A stretch of 64,000 bases of DNA. Origin: Candidatus Poribacteria bacterium (GTDB taxonomy: Bacteria; Poribacteria; WGA-4E; PCPOR2b). The first letter of the stretch is position 1; each line of letters starts with the position of its first letter. The stretch is from the NCBI GenBank assembly GCA_965215015.1, contig OZ244042.1, forward strand, positions 4,768,001-4,832,000, read 5' to 3'. Made by a program: the position numbers and the translations under genes. Positions 44,772 to 54,332 of this stretch are shown in pieces. Under the pieces are notes generated by a model, which made no database searches, had not been told where the DNA came from, and was given only the letters and a program-made list of their open reading frames with translations.

Positions 44772-45758
44772 GTGCTCTTGCGATTGGAACATCCTGGATT
44801 TCTCCTGTTACTCCTGCTTTTGCCATTCCTCCTCTGGTATTTGCGTCAGAAAAACAGCGGTCATATCCGCTTTTCAGACCTCAGTATCAGCCGTCAGATT
44901 ACGCCCAGCTTTTGGGTTCGGTCCCTTCCGGCCCTGAATTTTGCGCGATTTCTTGTCGTCGTTCTCATGATTTTTGCCCTCGCCCGGCCACAGTCATCCC
45001 AAAGCCGCGAGCAGATTGCCTCTGAAGGTATTGATATTCTGCTAATCCTTGACATTTCAGGAAGCATGCGAGCGGAAGATTTCAAGCCCCATAACCGTTT
45101 GCACGCAGCAAAAGCGGTTATCCACGACTTTTTAGGAGAGCGGAAGAACGACCGCATCGGATTAGTTGTTTTCGCCGGTGAAAGTTACACACAATGTCCC
45201 CTCACGCTCGATTACCGGGTCTTGGGGAATCTGCTCCTTAATGTCGAGATTGGTATGCTTGAAGATGGCACCGCCATCGGGGATGCCCTTGCCAATGCTA
45301 CCAATAGACTCCGCCATTCAACAACCAAGAGTAAAATTGCAATCTTGCTCACCGACGGGGAGAACAACGCCGGAACTATTGATCCGTTGACCGCTGCCCA
45401 AGCCGCCAAAGCCCTCAACATCAAGGTGTATACCATCGGCATGGGGCAAGAAGGCGGTGCACTTATTCCCTATCGTGATCCCGTTTTTGGATTGCAGTAT
45501 AGCCAGACTCGGACCTATGTTGATGAAGAAATGCTCAAACAGATCGCAGAAATTACAGACGGACGTTACTTCCGGGCGACCGATAATCAAAAACTCGCTG
45601 AGATTTATAAAGAAATTAACCAGCTTGAAACAACAAAGATTGAGACCCTGGAATACATCCGTTATAAGGAGCTCGCCGCGTACCCTTTAATCCCTGCTAC
45701 GCTCCTGCTAATCTTGGAAATTATCCTGTCAAACACACGCCTGCGAAAAATCCCCTGA
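44772..45758 (+). CDS. batA: BatA-like von Willebrand factor A domain protein
   Basis: N-terminal P..LLLL TM, ALARP, DISGSM MIDAS, GTAIGD, LLTDGENNAG. Confidence 0.85.
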   Translation: MLLRLEHPGFLLLLLLLPFLLWYLRQKNSGHIRFSDLSISRQITPSFWVRSLPALNFARFLVVVLMIFALARPQSSQSREQIASEGIDILLILDISGSMRAEDFKPHNRLHAAKAVIHDFLGERKNDRIGLVVFAGESYTQCPLTLDYRVLGNLLLNVEIGMLEDGTAIGDALANATNRLRHSTTKSKIAILLTDGENNAGTIDPLTAAQAAKALNIKVYTIGMGQEGGALIPYRDPVFGLQYSQTRTYVDEEMLKQIAEITDGRYFRATDNQKLAEIYKEINQLETTKIETLEYIRYKELAAYPLIPATLLLILEIILSNTRLRKIP

Positions 45759-45776
45759 ACGCGAAAGGACGATTCA

Positions 45777-46769
45777 ATGGAAATTTATCGATGGGAAGGG
45801 AAAGGCTTTCGACAACTAGCCCCGTTGCGCTTTGAAGAAGAGCGCGACCTCGAAGACCTACTCGAGCAGGATCCCAATCTTCTCCTAGGAAACGAGCGCA
45901 TTTGTATAATCAGCCGACAAGTTCCCATCGGAAAATCCCAAAAAATCGATCTCCTCGCACTCGACCGTCAAGGAAATTGTATCGTCATCGAACTCAAGCG
46001 GGGAAAAGCCTCCCGTGCGGCGGTTGCACAAATTCTCGAATACGCCGCAGCCGTTGCCAAATTCTCCTTTGCCGATCTGGAGCGTTTTGCAGGACGCTGG
46101 TTTCAGGGACAAGGACGCGAGTTTACCTCTCTGCTCGCACTGCACAGCGCGTTCTTCAGCTACGAATTGGGTGCCATGAGGATGTCTGCCTTCAATCGTA
46201 AGCAGCGGATGGTTCTTGTTTCTGAAGGGGTTGATGTGCGTGTCCTCGATATCGCCGAATACCTCCGGCGCGGTGGCATCGACCTGACCTACATTTCCTA
46301 CTTCTCCTACCAAGCACCTGACGAAATCCTGATTGCTACAAAGACAATACTCGGCACCGCTGCCATTGAGGAATCCCGCGCCACCTATCAATACACCCCC
46401 CGGCAGCTCTTAACCCGCGAGCGTTTTCTCGCCACACTTACCAAGAATCAAGAACTCCATCAGGTTGCCCAACAATTCTTTAATTACGTGGAATCGTGCG
46501 GTGCAATTCTTCGGCCGAGAATCGCCCAGATTCGCATGACAATTGGCGGAAGGTGGTGGATGGGGTCATATCCATCGAAACGAGCAACCCATTTTCGGAT
46601 CGATGCCCACGGGGATTTCACGCCGAGGCACATCGCCGAGTGTCGATCGAACCTCCCTGACGTAACACCCAAAAAATACGGAGTTTCGTTCAACATCAAA
46701 TCCCAGGCCCATCTGGAATACGCCATCGAAATTTTTGAACGCACACGAAACACAATCTTAGAGGAGTAA
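45777..46769 (+). CDS. NucS/DUF91-like PD-(D/E)xK endonuclease domain protein
   Basis: ERDLEDLL..P, RQV, IDLLALD, VIELKRG, QILEY. Confidence 0.78.
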   Translation: MEIYRWEGKGFRQLAPLRFEEERDLEDLLEQDPNLLLGNERICIISRQVPIGKSQKIDLLALDRQGNCIVIELKRGKASRAAVAQILEYAAAVAKFSFADLERFAGRWFQGQGREFTSLLALHSAFFSYELGAMRMSAFNRKQRMVLVSEGVDVRVLDIAEYLRRGGIDLTYISYFSYQAPDEILIATKTILGTAAIEESRATYQYTPRQLLTRERFLATLTKNQELHQVAQQFFNYVESCGAILRPRIAQIRMTIGGRWWMGSYPSKRATHFRIDAHGDFTPRHIAECRSNLPDVTPKKYGVSFNIKSQAHLEYAIEIFERTRNTILEE

Positions 46770-46854
46770 ATGCAGGATGGCAGGATAGCCCTTACATCTC
46801 ACGCATTATGTTACGTTTCATTCTTCACACCTTATCCACTCTCAGGAGAAAACC

Positions 46855-47928
46855 ATGTCAGATAAGCTCAAAGTTGGTGTTATCGGCACCGGAATCATCG
46901 GCAAAAGCCATCTGCGCGGCTATCAGTCCATGCTTAATGATGTCGATATTGTTGCAGTGGCAGACATAGATGAATCCGAAGCCCAACGGGTCGCGCAGGA
47001 GCATGATATTCCGCACGTTTTTTCCGATTATCGCGACCTGCTGAAAATTGACGAAATTGATAGTGTCGATGTCTGTCTACCCAATTTCCTGCACGCCCCG
47101 ATTACAATCGCAGCACTCGAAGCAGGGAAGCATGTTTACTGCGAGAAGCCGATGGCAAAAACAGGTCCAGAAGCAATCGCAATGTATGAGACCGCACAGA
47201 GAACAGGGAAAAAGTTGTCGGTGCAAATGGCAACGGTCTTCACCAGAGAGACACGGGCCGCCAAACGCCTCATCAAAGCAGATGCGCTCGGCAACGTCTA
47301 CTATGTCAAGACAAGCCACTATCGCCGTCGCGGACGCCCCTATGTTGATGGCTACGCGACACCCCACTTCGTTCAACGGGAGAAAGCGGGGGGTGGTACA
47401 TTGTTGGACACAGGCATCTATAACATGGCACGAATGGTTTACCTACTCGCTAATCCCGAAATCGAAACTGTAAGCGCGTCCACCTTTCAAGAGCTTGACA
47501 TGGACGAAGGGCGCCGACAAGCAAGTGGCTACGATGTCGAGGAACTCGGCACCGGCTTTGTCCGTTTCAAAGGCGGGGTCACAATGTTTGTGGAAGAAGC
47601 ATGGGCAGCCAACATGGGCGGCGGCGAAGGCGACCGCATCATGGGCTCAAAAGGCGGAATCAAACTAAACCCGTTTACCTTCTACACTGACCTCTACGGC
47701 ATGGATGCAGACGTAATCTTCGATATCGATGCCTATGAAAGACGCCTGCGCTCCCTCGGATACATGGGGGAGGGCTATGAGAGTTCACAGCAGCATGTTG
47801 TCTGGGGCTTGTTGGGGCGCGTTAAAATGATTGATACCGGTGCAATTGGCTTGACCGTCGCTCGCATCACAGAGGCGATGTATCAGTCCGCTGAACGGCG
47901 GAAAGAGATTGATTTGCTGCAGCAATAA
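46855..47928 (+). CDS. Gfo/Idh/MocA family oxidoreductase
   Basis: GVIGTGIIG, PNFLH, YCEKP, GGGTLLDTG. Confidence 0.92.
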   Translation: MSDKLKVGVIGTGIIGKSHLRGYQSMLNDVDIVAVADIDESEAQRVAQEHDIPHVFSDYRDLLKIDEIDSVDVCLPNFLHAPITIAALEAGKHVYCEKPMAKTGPEAIAMYETAQRTGKKLSVQMATVFTRETRAAKRLIKADALGNVYYVKTSHYRRRGRPYVDGYATPHFVQREKAGGGTLLDTGIYNMARMVYLLANPEIETVSASTFQELDMDEGRRQASGYDVEELGTGFVRFKGGVTMFVEEAWAANMGGGEGDRIMGSKGGIKLNPFTFYTDLYGMDADVIFDIDAYERRLRSLGYMGEGYESSQQHVVWGLLGRVKMIDTGAIGLTVARITEAMYQSAERRKEIDLLQQ

Positions 47929-47956
47929 TTTTTTAATCTTATAGAAAGGTCACACA

Positions 47957-48796
47957 TTGACAAAATTTGAATATACCTATCAGCGAAACTATCGTGGTCC
48001 GTTAAAGGCAATAATCCTAGACTGGGCAGGAACAACCATGGACTATGGCTGCTATGCGCCCGCCGTTGTGTTCGTTGAAGTTTACCAGCGCAAAAACGTT
48101 CCAATCACCATCGAAGAAGCGCGTGTTCCGATGGGAGCACATAAAAAAGTACATATTCGGGAGATCTCGCAGCTCGAATCCGTGGCACAGCGATGGCTGG
48201 AGACTCATGGGCGCAACCCCAACGAAACCGACGTCGAAGCCATGTTCCAAGAGTTTATTCCCCTTCAACTCGCTTGCCTCGCAGACTACGCAGATCTCAT
48301 CCCCGGCACCCTAGAAGCTATCACAGCATTCCGCAGCCGAGGACTCAAAATCGGCTCCACCACCGGATACCTCCGAGAAATGATGGAGCTCCTCCTCAAA
48401 GAGGCAGGAAATCGTGGCTACACACCGGACGCAACGGTCTGCGCCAGCGATGTACCGGCAGGGCGTCCAGAACCGTGGATGTGCCTGCAAAACGCTATGA
48501 ATCTGGGTATCTATCCGATGGAAGCGATTGTCAAAGTGGGCGATACCCTCCCAGACATCGAAGAAGGACTCAACGCCGGCATGTGGACCATCGGCCTCGC
48601 CAAAACCGGCAATGAAATTGGACTCAATGCACAGGAGATCGCGGACCTACCCCAAGATATACTAGAGGCCAAGCTGGCACAGGCGTATACGCGGATGTAT
48701 CAGACCGGCGCACACTATGTGGTAGATGGAATCTGGGATGTGCCACCAATTCTAGATCTGATTGAAGAGCGGTTACAGCACGGCGAACGTCCATAG
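47957..48796 (+). CDS. phnX: Phosphonoacetaldehyde hydrolase (HAD family)
   Basis: DWAGTTMDYG, PMGAHKK.HI, GSTTGY, GRPEPWM, KVGDT..DIEEGLNAGMW. Confidence 0.93.
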   Translation: MTKFEYTYQRNYRGPLKAIILDWAGTTMDYGCYAPAVVFVEVYQRKNVPITIEEARVPMGAHKKVHIREISQLESVAQRWLETHGRNPNETDVEAMFQEFIPLQLACLADYADLIPGTLEAITAFRSRGLKIGSTTGYLREMMELLLKEAGNRGYTPDATVCASDVPAGRPEPWMCLQNAMNLGIYPMEAIVKVGDTLPDIEEGLNAGMWTIGLAKTGNEIGLNAQEIADLPQDILEAKLAQAYTRMYQTGAHYVVDGIWDVPPILDLIEERLQHGERP

Positions 48797-48920
48797 TGAA
48801 TATCAATTGCAATTCCTACGGAATTTTGAAAGCGATCAATTTCTATGTTGCAATTTTATTTTCGTGATATTATTATTCTTGAATCAAAGGGTCAAGACGG
48901 ATTTTGTACAGGAAAATAAG

Positions 48921-49049
48921 ATGCAATCTTTTGGTCAAAAGATTCAAGCTTTGAGAAAAACCAGAGAAAAATTGCTTTGACAGGCCGCGGCAGATATAGA
49001 GATGGATCAAGCTATCCTAAGCAAACTCGAAAATGGAATGTCCCTTTAA
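48921..49049 (+). pseudogene. Truncated XRE-family HTH regulator with an internal TGA
   Basis: MQSFGQKIQALRKTREKLL*QAAADIEMDQAILSKLENG matches the XRE pattern; TGA 48978-48980 falls where Arg (CGA) is expected. Confidence 0.7.
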
Positions 49050-49066
49050 ACAAGGAGAGTAAATCC

Positions 49067-50110
49067 ATGACCAACGCAACCTACCGGGCAGGCATTATTG
49101 GGCTCGGTTTTATCGGCGGGGCAGACCAAGTCTCAGGAGACGCCCTCGGTCAGCATGTCAGTGGCCTCGACGGTACACACTTCGCCTCCCTGTCCAATCA
49201 CCCCCGCGTCAATCTAATCGCCGGCAGCAGTCGCGATACGGGACGGAGAGAACGCTTTGTGCAGCGCGCAGGGGCAACAACCTACGCCGACTGGGAGGAG
49301 ATGCTAGCGCAAGAGGCACTCGACATTGTAAGCGTAGCAACCTATGCGCCGGTGCACGCGGAAATCTCTGTGGCGTGTGCTAAGCAGGGGATCCGCGCTA
49401 TCTATTGCGAAAAGCCGATAGCAACACGACTTCGAGATGCGGAACAAATGGTTGAGGCATGTGCCGAAACGGGTGCACTTTTGGTCATCAACCACCAACG
49501 ACGGTTCAATCTCAACCACCGACGGCTGCGAGAGCATATCGCTGCGGATGGTTTAGGAGAATTAACTTCCGCGTCGTTGCAGTGGGGATCTGGCAGACTG
49601 GGAAATGTTGGCACCCACATGATTGACGCGCTCCTTATGCTCACTGGTCGAAAGATTGAGGCGGTCTCCGCCACGCTCGACCTCGCCGGCAAACCCGATT
49701 GTCGTGGTCCGAAATTTCGTGACCCCGGTGGGTGGGGTGTCATAAGATTAGAGGGCGGAACCATGGTCACGGTAGACGCAGGGGACTACGCTCAAGTTCC
49801 GGGACAAATCATCCTGAACGGCACGGAGGGTCGCGCCATCTCCGATGGCAGTAGCATAACCCTCGAATACTGGGGCGGGCGTCAGGAACATTGGCACAGT
49901 GCCAACGATGGAGTGACAGGGATGGACCAAGCCGTTTCCGAAATCATAACGTGGCTTGATGATGGAACCGAATTTCCGTACCCCGCCTCCGAGGCAGTCG
50001 ATACACTGGAAACCATCGTCGGTTTTCACGCTTCACATGCTCGGAATGCGGCGTGGATAGAGCTCCCGCTATCGGGTTCAGACCGGGAGCGCGAAGTCCT
50101 CAGTGGATAA
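49067..50110 (+). CDS. Gfo/Idh/MocA family oxidoreductase
   Basis: GIIGLGFIG, YCEKP, NHQRRF, GTHMID; AGGAG RBS before ATG 49067. Confidence 0.9.
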   Translation: MTNATYRAGIIGLGFIGGADQVSGDALGQHVSGLDGTHFASLSNHPRVNLIAGSSRDTGRRERFVQRAGATTYADWEEMLAQEALDIVSVATYAPVHAEISVACAKQGIRAIYCEKPIATRLRDAEQMVEACAETGALLVINHQRRFNLNHRRLREHIAADGLGELTSASLQWGSGRLGNVGTHMIDALLMLTGRKIEAVSATLDLAGKPDCRGPKFRDPGGWGVIRLEGGTMVTVDAGDYAQVPGQIILNGTEGRAISDGSSITLEYWGGRQEHWHSANDGVTGMDQAVSEIITWLDDGTEFPYPASEAVDTLETIVGFHASHARNAAWIELPLSGSDREREVLSG

Positions 50111-50344
50111 CGACGTGAGGGAGAGGCCCAAGTCTGTAACAAAGTGAAGAGAAGAATATGAAGTGCAAAGCAGCAAAACTCCTAAAGATCTTATGTTTCT
50201 TCAAATGCAGGCTTCTTAGCACCGATACTTGATCAAGAGCTTGTGCCTGGCCAAAAATATAGACAGTGCCCAGATCACAGGCTACCTTCCCTCCGCTAAA
50301 TACTCGGTAGGCTGTCCGTCAATTCCTGGCTCACTGAGTCTATT

Positions 50345-51006
50345 CCCCCTGCTTGCGGGGGGCTTTAATTAGGTTAGTAGTAGCGCGATTCATTGCGCGT
50401 CTTGTGTCCTCCCCCTGCTTGCGGGGGAATTTAATTAGGTTGGTAGTAGCGCGATTCATTGCGCGTCTTGTGTCCTCCCCTGCTTGCGGGGGCTTAATTA
50501 GTTTGGTAGTAGCGCGATTCATTGCGCGTCTTATGTCCTCCCCTGCTTGTGCGGAGGCTTAATTAGGTTAGTAGTAGCGCGATTCATTACGCGTCTTGTG
50601 TCCTCCCCTTGCTTGCGAGGGACTTAATTAGTTTGGTAGTAGCGCGATTCATTACGCGTCTTGTGTCCTCCCCTGCTTGCGGGTTGCATCCCTGCTTACG
50701 TTCTTTCCCCGCCGCTTGTGCCCTCCCCCTGCTTGCGGGGGAATTTAATTAGTTTGGTAGTAGCGCGATTCATTGCGCGTCTTGTGTCCTCCCCTGCTTG
50801 TGCGGAGGGACTTAATTAGTTTGGTAGTAGCGCGATTCATTGCGCGTCTTGTGTCCTCCCCTGCTTGTGCGGAGGCTTAATTAGGTTAGTAGTAGCGCGA
50901 TTCATTACGCGTCTTGTGTCCTCCCCTGCTTGCGGGTTGCATCCCTGCTTACGTTCTTTCCCCGCCGCTTGTGCCCTCCCCCTGCTTGCGGGGGACCGAG
51001 GGGGGT
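50345..51006. repeat. Tandem composite REP array (about 65-bp unit A x5, unit B, A x3, B)
   Basis: Unit A = cccctgcttgcgggg + ttaattag(g/t)tt(a/g)gtagtagcgcgattcatt(g/a)cgcgtcttgtgtcct; unit B = cccctgcttgcgggttgcatccctgcttacgttctttccccgccgcttgtgccct. Confidence 0.93.
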
Positions 51007-51100
51007 CTTGGGTTCTTAGGGGGAAGAAACCGTGTGGGTATCGGGATTCGAGGGGGGCACCCGCCCATAAAAGAGTCTCGGAGCGTAGACGGTCCAATTT

Positions 51101-51754
51101 TCAGAATGTGTCAATCCCCTCAAACTCAGGAGGATCGGGCGGCTCCACCTTCGCATTACGACCAAATCTAAAGGTCACCACGACCGAGGTACCGTTCAGA
51201 TCTGAGTTATCGATTCCTGCGATGCCAACGCCACGGATATAGCGGTAACTCCCTCCAAAATAGATCTGGAGATAAGTTTTCATATTCCATACTATATTGA
51301 GTTGCGGCTGAATAATAAAAAAAGTATCGTCGGGACCACCCAATCTACCATATTCATCATAGGATCCATCAAACCGCTGATATCGATCTGTCAACCCACC
51401 AAACCCGATCAAAGTCTGGGCAGAGAGATGGACATCTCGACTGGGAGCGATAATATATTCCAGCTCCAGTCCACTGTAGGCAAACTCAAATTCACGTTCA
51501 GGATCAGACGATTTTATGTCTCTGAGCAAGCCGTAAAATCCGCCCCCAATTGCATACCTATGTTTATAAATCCAGCCCCCTCGACCACCAACTATCAAGC
51601 CGAATACATTGTTAATCCTTGTAACCTTTAATACCGGTCCCCCAAAACCACCGCTTTTGCTAGGCTTCTCAGCCTTCGTTTCTTCCAAATCCTCTTCTGC
51701 CCAAAGAGAGGCTGCCAACATAAGTAAAAACAACAAAAGCGTCAATTTTTTCAC
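51101..51754 (-). CDS. Putative outer membrane beta-barrel protein
   Basis: Signal peptide MKKLTLLLFLL, GGFGGP, alternating aromatic beta-strands, FRFG end of barrel. Confidence 0.65.
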   Translation of the reverse strand: MKKLTLLLFLLMLAASLWAEEDLEETKAEKPSKSGGFGGPVLKVTRINNVFGLIVGGRGGWIYKHRYAIGGGFYGLLRDIKSSDPEREFEFAYSGLELEYIIAPSRDVHLSAQTLIGFGGLTDRYQRFDGSYDEYGRLGGPDDTFFIIQPQLNIVWNMKTYLQIYFGGSYRYIRGVGIAGIDNSDLNGTSVVVTFRFGRNAKVEPPDPPEFEGIDTF

Positions 51755-51782
51755 CAAATTCTCCCTTAAATTTGAAAGGTTA

Positions 51783-52228
51783 TTATACACTTTCCGCGTT
51801 CACCGAATCTTCAAGCTGTGTCATCAATTTCTGTGACAGCCGGGCTAGGATAGCGAGGCGAAAGTTCGCATCCCCATCCACGCCAAACTGCTCGAAAACC
51901 TGTTCGATTCCGCGCTCGATGTTGTTGACTTGCCCCTCATTGGATCAAGGTGTCCTGCTGCCTCGCGGAGCCGTGCTTCAATGTCGATATCGCTTCCCTC
52001 CCATAGGGCATAGGCATCGTTGTAACGACGGTAAATAACAATAGAGCGTCCCTCTAACATCATCAATGCAGACTCAAACGATTGGACAGACTCATCAGCT
52101 TCATTCCGGAATGTCTCCGCGGCAGCATCAAGTGCGTAACGGAGTAAAGCCTTTGAGTTTTTCAGATTCACGCTTGCTTCCCCGACAATACCGAGCAGAC
52201 CGACGGTTTTGATCAGTTTCACTGTCAT
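51783..52228 (-). pseudogene. Relic of a large SspC-like ATPase (internal fragment fused out of frame to a C-terminal end)
   Basis: LIKTVGLL...IYRRYNDAYALWEGSDIDIE resembles, from recall, the large ATPases of DUF4007/PAPS-reductase clusters; after about 51940 another frame gives a helical tail EGQVNNIERG...LAILARLSQKLM..ESV*. Confidence 0.55.
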
Positions 52229-52343
52229 GGTTATTCGGGACTGAGGTGGGGCTTAGGGTTCTTAGCAGGGGAAGGGGGTACAGCATACGCCGTATGCTTA
52301 ATACCTTAAAGACTCTCACGGAATACCTTTGCGATTCTGCCGA

Positions 52344-53231
52344 TTACAATTCACGGTAATCCCCTTGAAATACCTCTCTGATGTGCCAGTTTATAAAATT
52401 TTCGTGCGGATAATAGGACTGCCTTTGAGGGAAGTTGATCCTTTCACCGTGAAAATTCATAAGCCACTCTTCAAAACCCACTGAACCATTGGCCTCATCT
52501 GATACCATTATTTCTAGTTGCTCGGACAGCGTAAACGCCCCACGGTCAAATAGCTTATGGTGTAACGAACATAGAGCCAATCCATTTACTTCTGTATCGG
52601 GACCATCTGCCTGACGCCATTTGATATGAGATGCTTCTAGCGCAATAGGCAAGGTGCCCAATCTCACATCAAAGCCACAGACAGCGCATTTATATTCGTA
52701 GGCTTTCAGGATATTCGCCCGGAAGTTGGAGTTGGGCCTTCGCCACCTGGAGATCTGAGGAGGAAACCCAATCCCAACAGCCTGTAAAATGTCCTCATGA
52801 AGCGAAGGAGGAAAATGACCATCTAGTAAGCTATGGATTATTTCAAAAGACAATTTGGAATCGTTTTGAAGTTGATAAGCAATATCTTCGAGAAAACCTC
52901 CAGAAGTGTTGTAACGGACCAGATCGCTTCTTAGAGCGTCTCCACTGGCTGTTTGTCGAATTCTGTCGGCATCAGATATCTCCCAAATTCCGTCATTTTG
53001 GAGCCGCCAAAACGGATAATGTGTTCTATCATTGGCTTGTCTGGGACCAAACTCCCTCAGTAAATTTCCAAGGTTGTCATCTATTTCAGAATATGGCAGG
53101 AAGCGGTTCCCATCTCGTAGTAACTTTCCAATGGCATACAGAACCAGCAGAGGCTTGTGAGGTGCTCTCCTGTCAGCATTTTTCCACACTTTTAATTGTT
53201 CAAATTTATGAGCAATTGCTTCTCTGTTCAT
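52344..53231 (-). CDS. SBD-HNH endonuclease (phosphorothioated-DNA-binding restriction type)
   Basis: N-terminal RAPHKPLLVL and YPFWRLQNDG sulfur-binding-domain motifs; C-terminal CAVCG..LEASHI..NGLALCSLHHKLFD HNH. Confidence 0.85.
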   Translation of the reverse strand: MNREAIAHKFEQLKVWKNADRRAPHKPLLVLYAIGKLLRDGNRFLPYSEIDDNLGNLLREFGPRQANDRTHYPFWRLQNDGIWEISDADRIRQTASGDALRSDLVRYNTSGGFLEDIAYQLQNDSKLSFEIIHSLLDGHFPPSLHEDILQAVGIGFPPQISRWRRPNSNFRANILKAYEYKCAVCGFDVRLGTLPIALEASHIKWRQADGPDTEVNGLALCSLHHKLFDRGAFTLSEQLEIMVSDEANGSVGFEEWLMNFHGERINFPQRQSYYPHENFINWHIREVFQGDYREL

Positions 53232-53258
53232 TTTTCATGGCCTGCTATTTGAGAGAAT

Positions 53259-53369
53259 CTATGATAGGCAAGGCAGGATTTTCGGCACTTTGTCCCGCAT
53301 GTAAATCGCGAGTGCTGAGCTATCTTTGCCACCGGAAAGGCCGAGGATATGACGCATTTTTTGTTCCAT
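53259..53369 (-). pseudogene. Truncated second copy of the PAPS-reductase (SspD-like) gene
   Basis: Reads MEQKMRHILGLSGGKDSSALAIYMRDKVPKILPCLS*; first 29 codons nearly identical in protein to the 56966 ORF; about 75-bp leader also conserved. Confidence 0.88.
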
Positions 53370-53444
53370 GGTATCCCCTAACTCTCTGTTTAAGATATGC
53401 CCCCCTGCTGTTGGCGGATTCAATTAATTGTATGAGGGGGGTGC

Positions 53445-53815
53445 TTGACGTACTCCCACACCTAAAGGGTTGGGATTCTTCACTGTCCCTTTAGGATTAG
53501 TTTAGATATATGATTGATGAATCTAAACTTGCGGATAGACTTGTCGTAGATAACATAGTAGCAACGCTGGAGCGCAATGCAATGATTCCATACCTCCGCG
53601 TGTCCCTCTATCGTCTTGTGTAACTCACGGTTGCCGTGATGGCTATACATTTTGAAATTGTAGGACTTCATAGGATTTCGCTCTCTGGAACGGACTGTTA
53701 GGGCGATCCCTAACAACGGCTAACAATCAGACAGTTTCAACCATTGTTTGACTGAATACCGTTTGCCAATCTGTATCCCTGTCTTAAAAGACGGGGGTTA
53801 GATCGGAAGATTCTG
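53445..53815 (-). mobile_element. tnpB: Non-autonomous, internally deleted IS200/IS605-family element with a tnpB 5' fragment
   Basis: Left end follows TTTAT and has hairpin CCCCGTCTTTTAAGACAGGG; ORF MKSYNFKMY...EVWNHCIALQRCYY is TnpB N-terminus-like; right end GAATCCCAACCCTTTAGGTGTGGGAGTACGTCAA; no target duplication. Confidence 0.8.
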
Positions 53816-53843
53816 ATAAAATTTCCGTTTTCTTTTTTCCCAT

Positions 53844-54332
53844 CTACCGATGAAATTCCAAAATCCAAGATTCCAATAGGCCAGAAATCCTATCTGCTTC
53901 TTCTTGAACATCCTGAAGTTTACTGTATGAATTAGGGCGTGTTTGTGAAACAATGCGAATCTTTAGATTATGTTCATATAACCAATTACTTAATCGTAAT
54001 TGTACTAAATTTTCTACTGCCTTGCGGTATTCTTGGCTATCAATCTGAAATATCTCTTTCGGTGTGAATTTTATTGCTGCAAAATCAACCTTTTCTAGTG
54101 GTACTTCCTCATAGTAATCAATATTGGAAAGACGTTGAAGATAAGTATTATTATTTCCATCAGATAAATGTTGGGCGAGTCTACCGAGTGCCCCTGTACG
54201 TCCTCTTGTCTGTCCAACGTAGAGAGTTGCCAGATTGTCAACTACCCCATAAATCGTATACAAAAAACCGTTTTTTTTCGCTATTGTTACATCAAAAACT
54301 GTTGCCTGTCCAATTTCTACAGAATGTTTCAT
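53844..54332 (-). CDS. GIY-YIG-like putative nuclease
   Basis: LYTIY...LYVGQT...GRLAQHL...E pattern; GGAGG RBS; overlaps the upstream ATPase gene end. Confidence 0.6.
   Translation of the reverse strand: MKHSVEIGQATVFDVTIAKKNGFLYTIYGVVDNLATLYVGQTRGRTGALGRLAQHLSDGNNNTYLQRLSNIDYYEEVPLEKVDFAAIKFTPKEIFQIDSQEYRKAVENLVQLRLSNWLYEHNLKIRIVSQTRPNSYSKLQDVQEEADRISGLLESWILEFHR

Noticed and set aside
50345-51006. CRISPR array
   Set aside because: The period of about 65 bp is CRISPR-like, but the intervening segments are near-identical rather than unique spacers and no cas genes are in the window.
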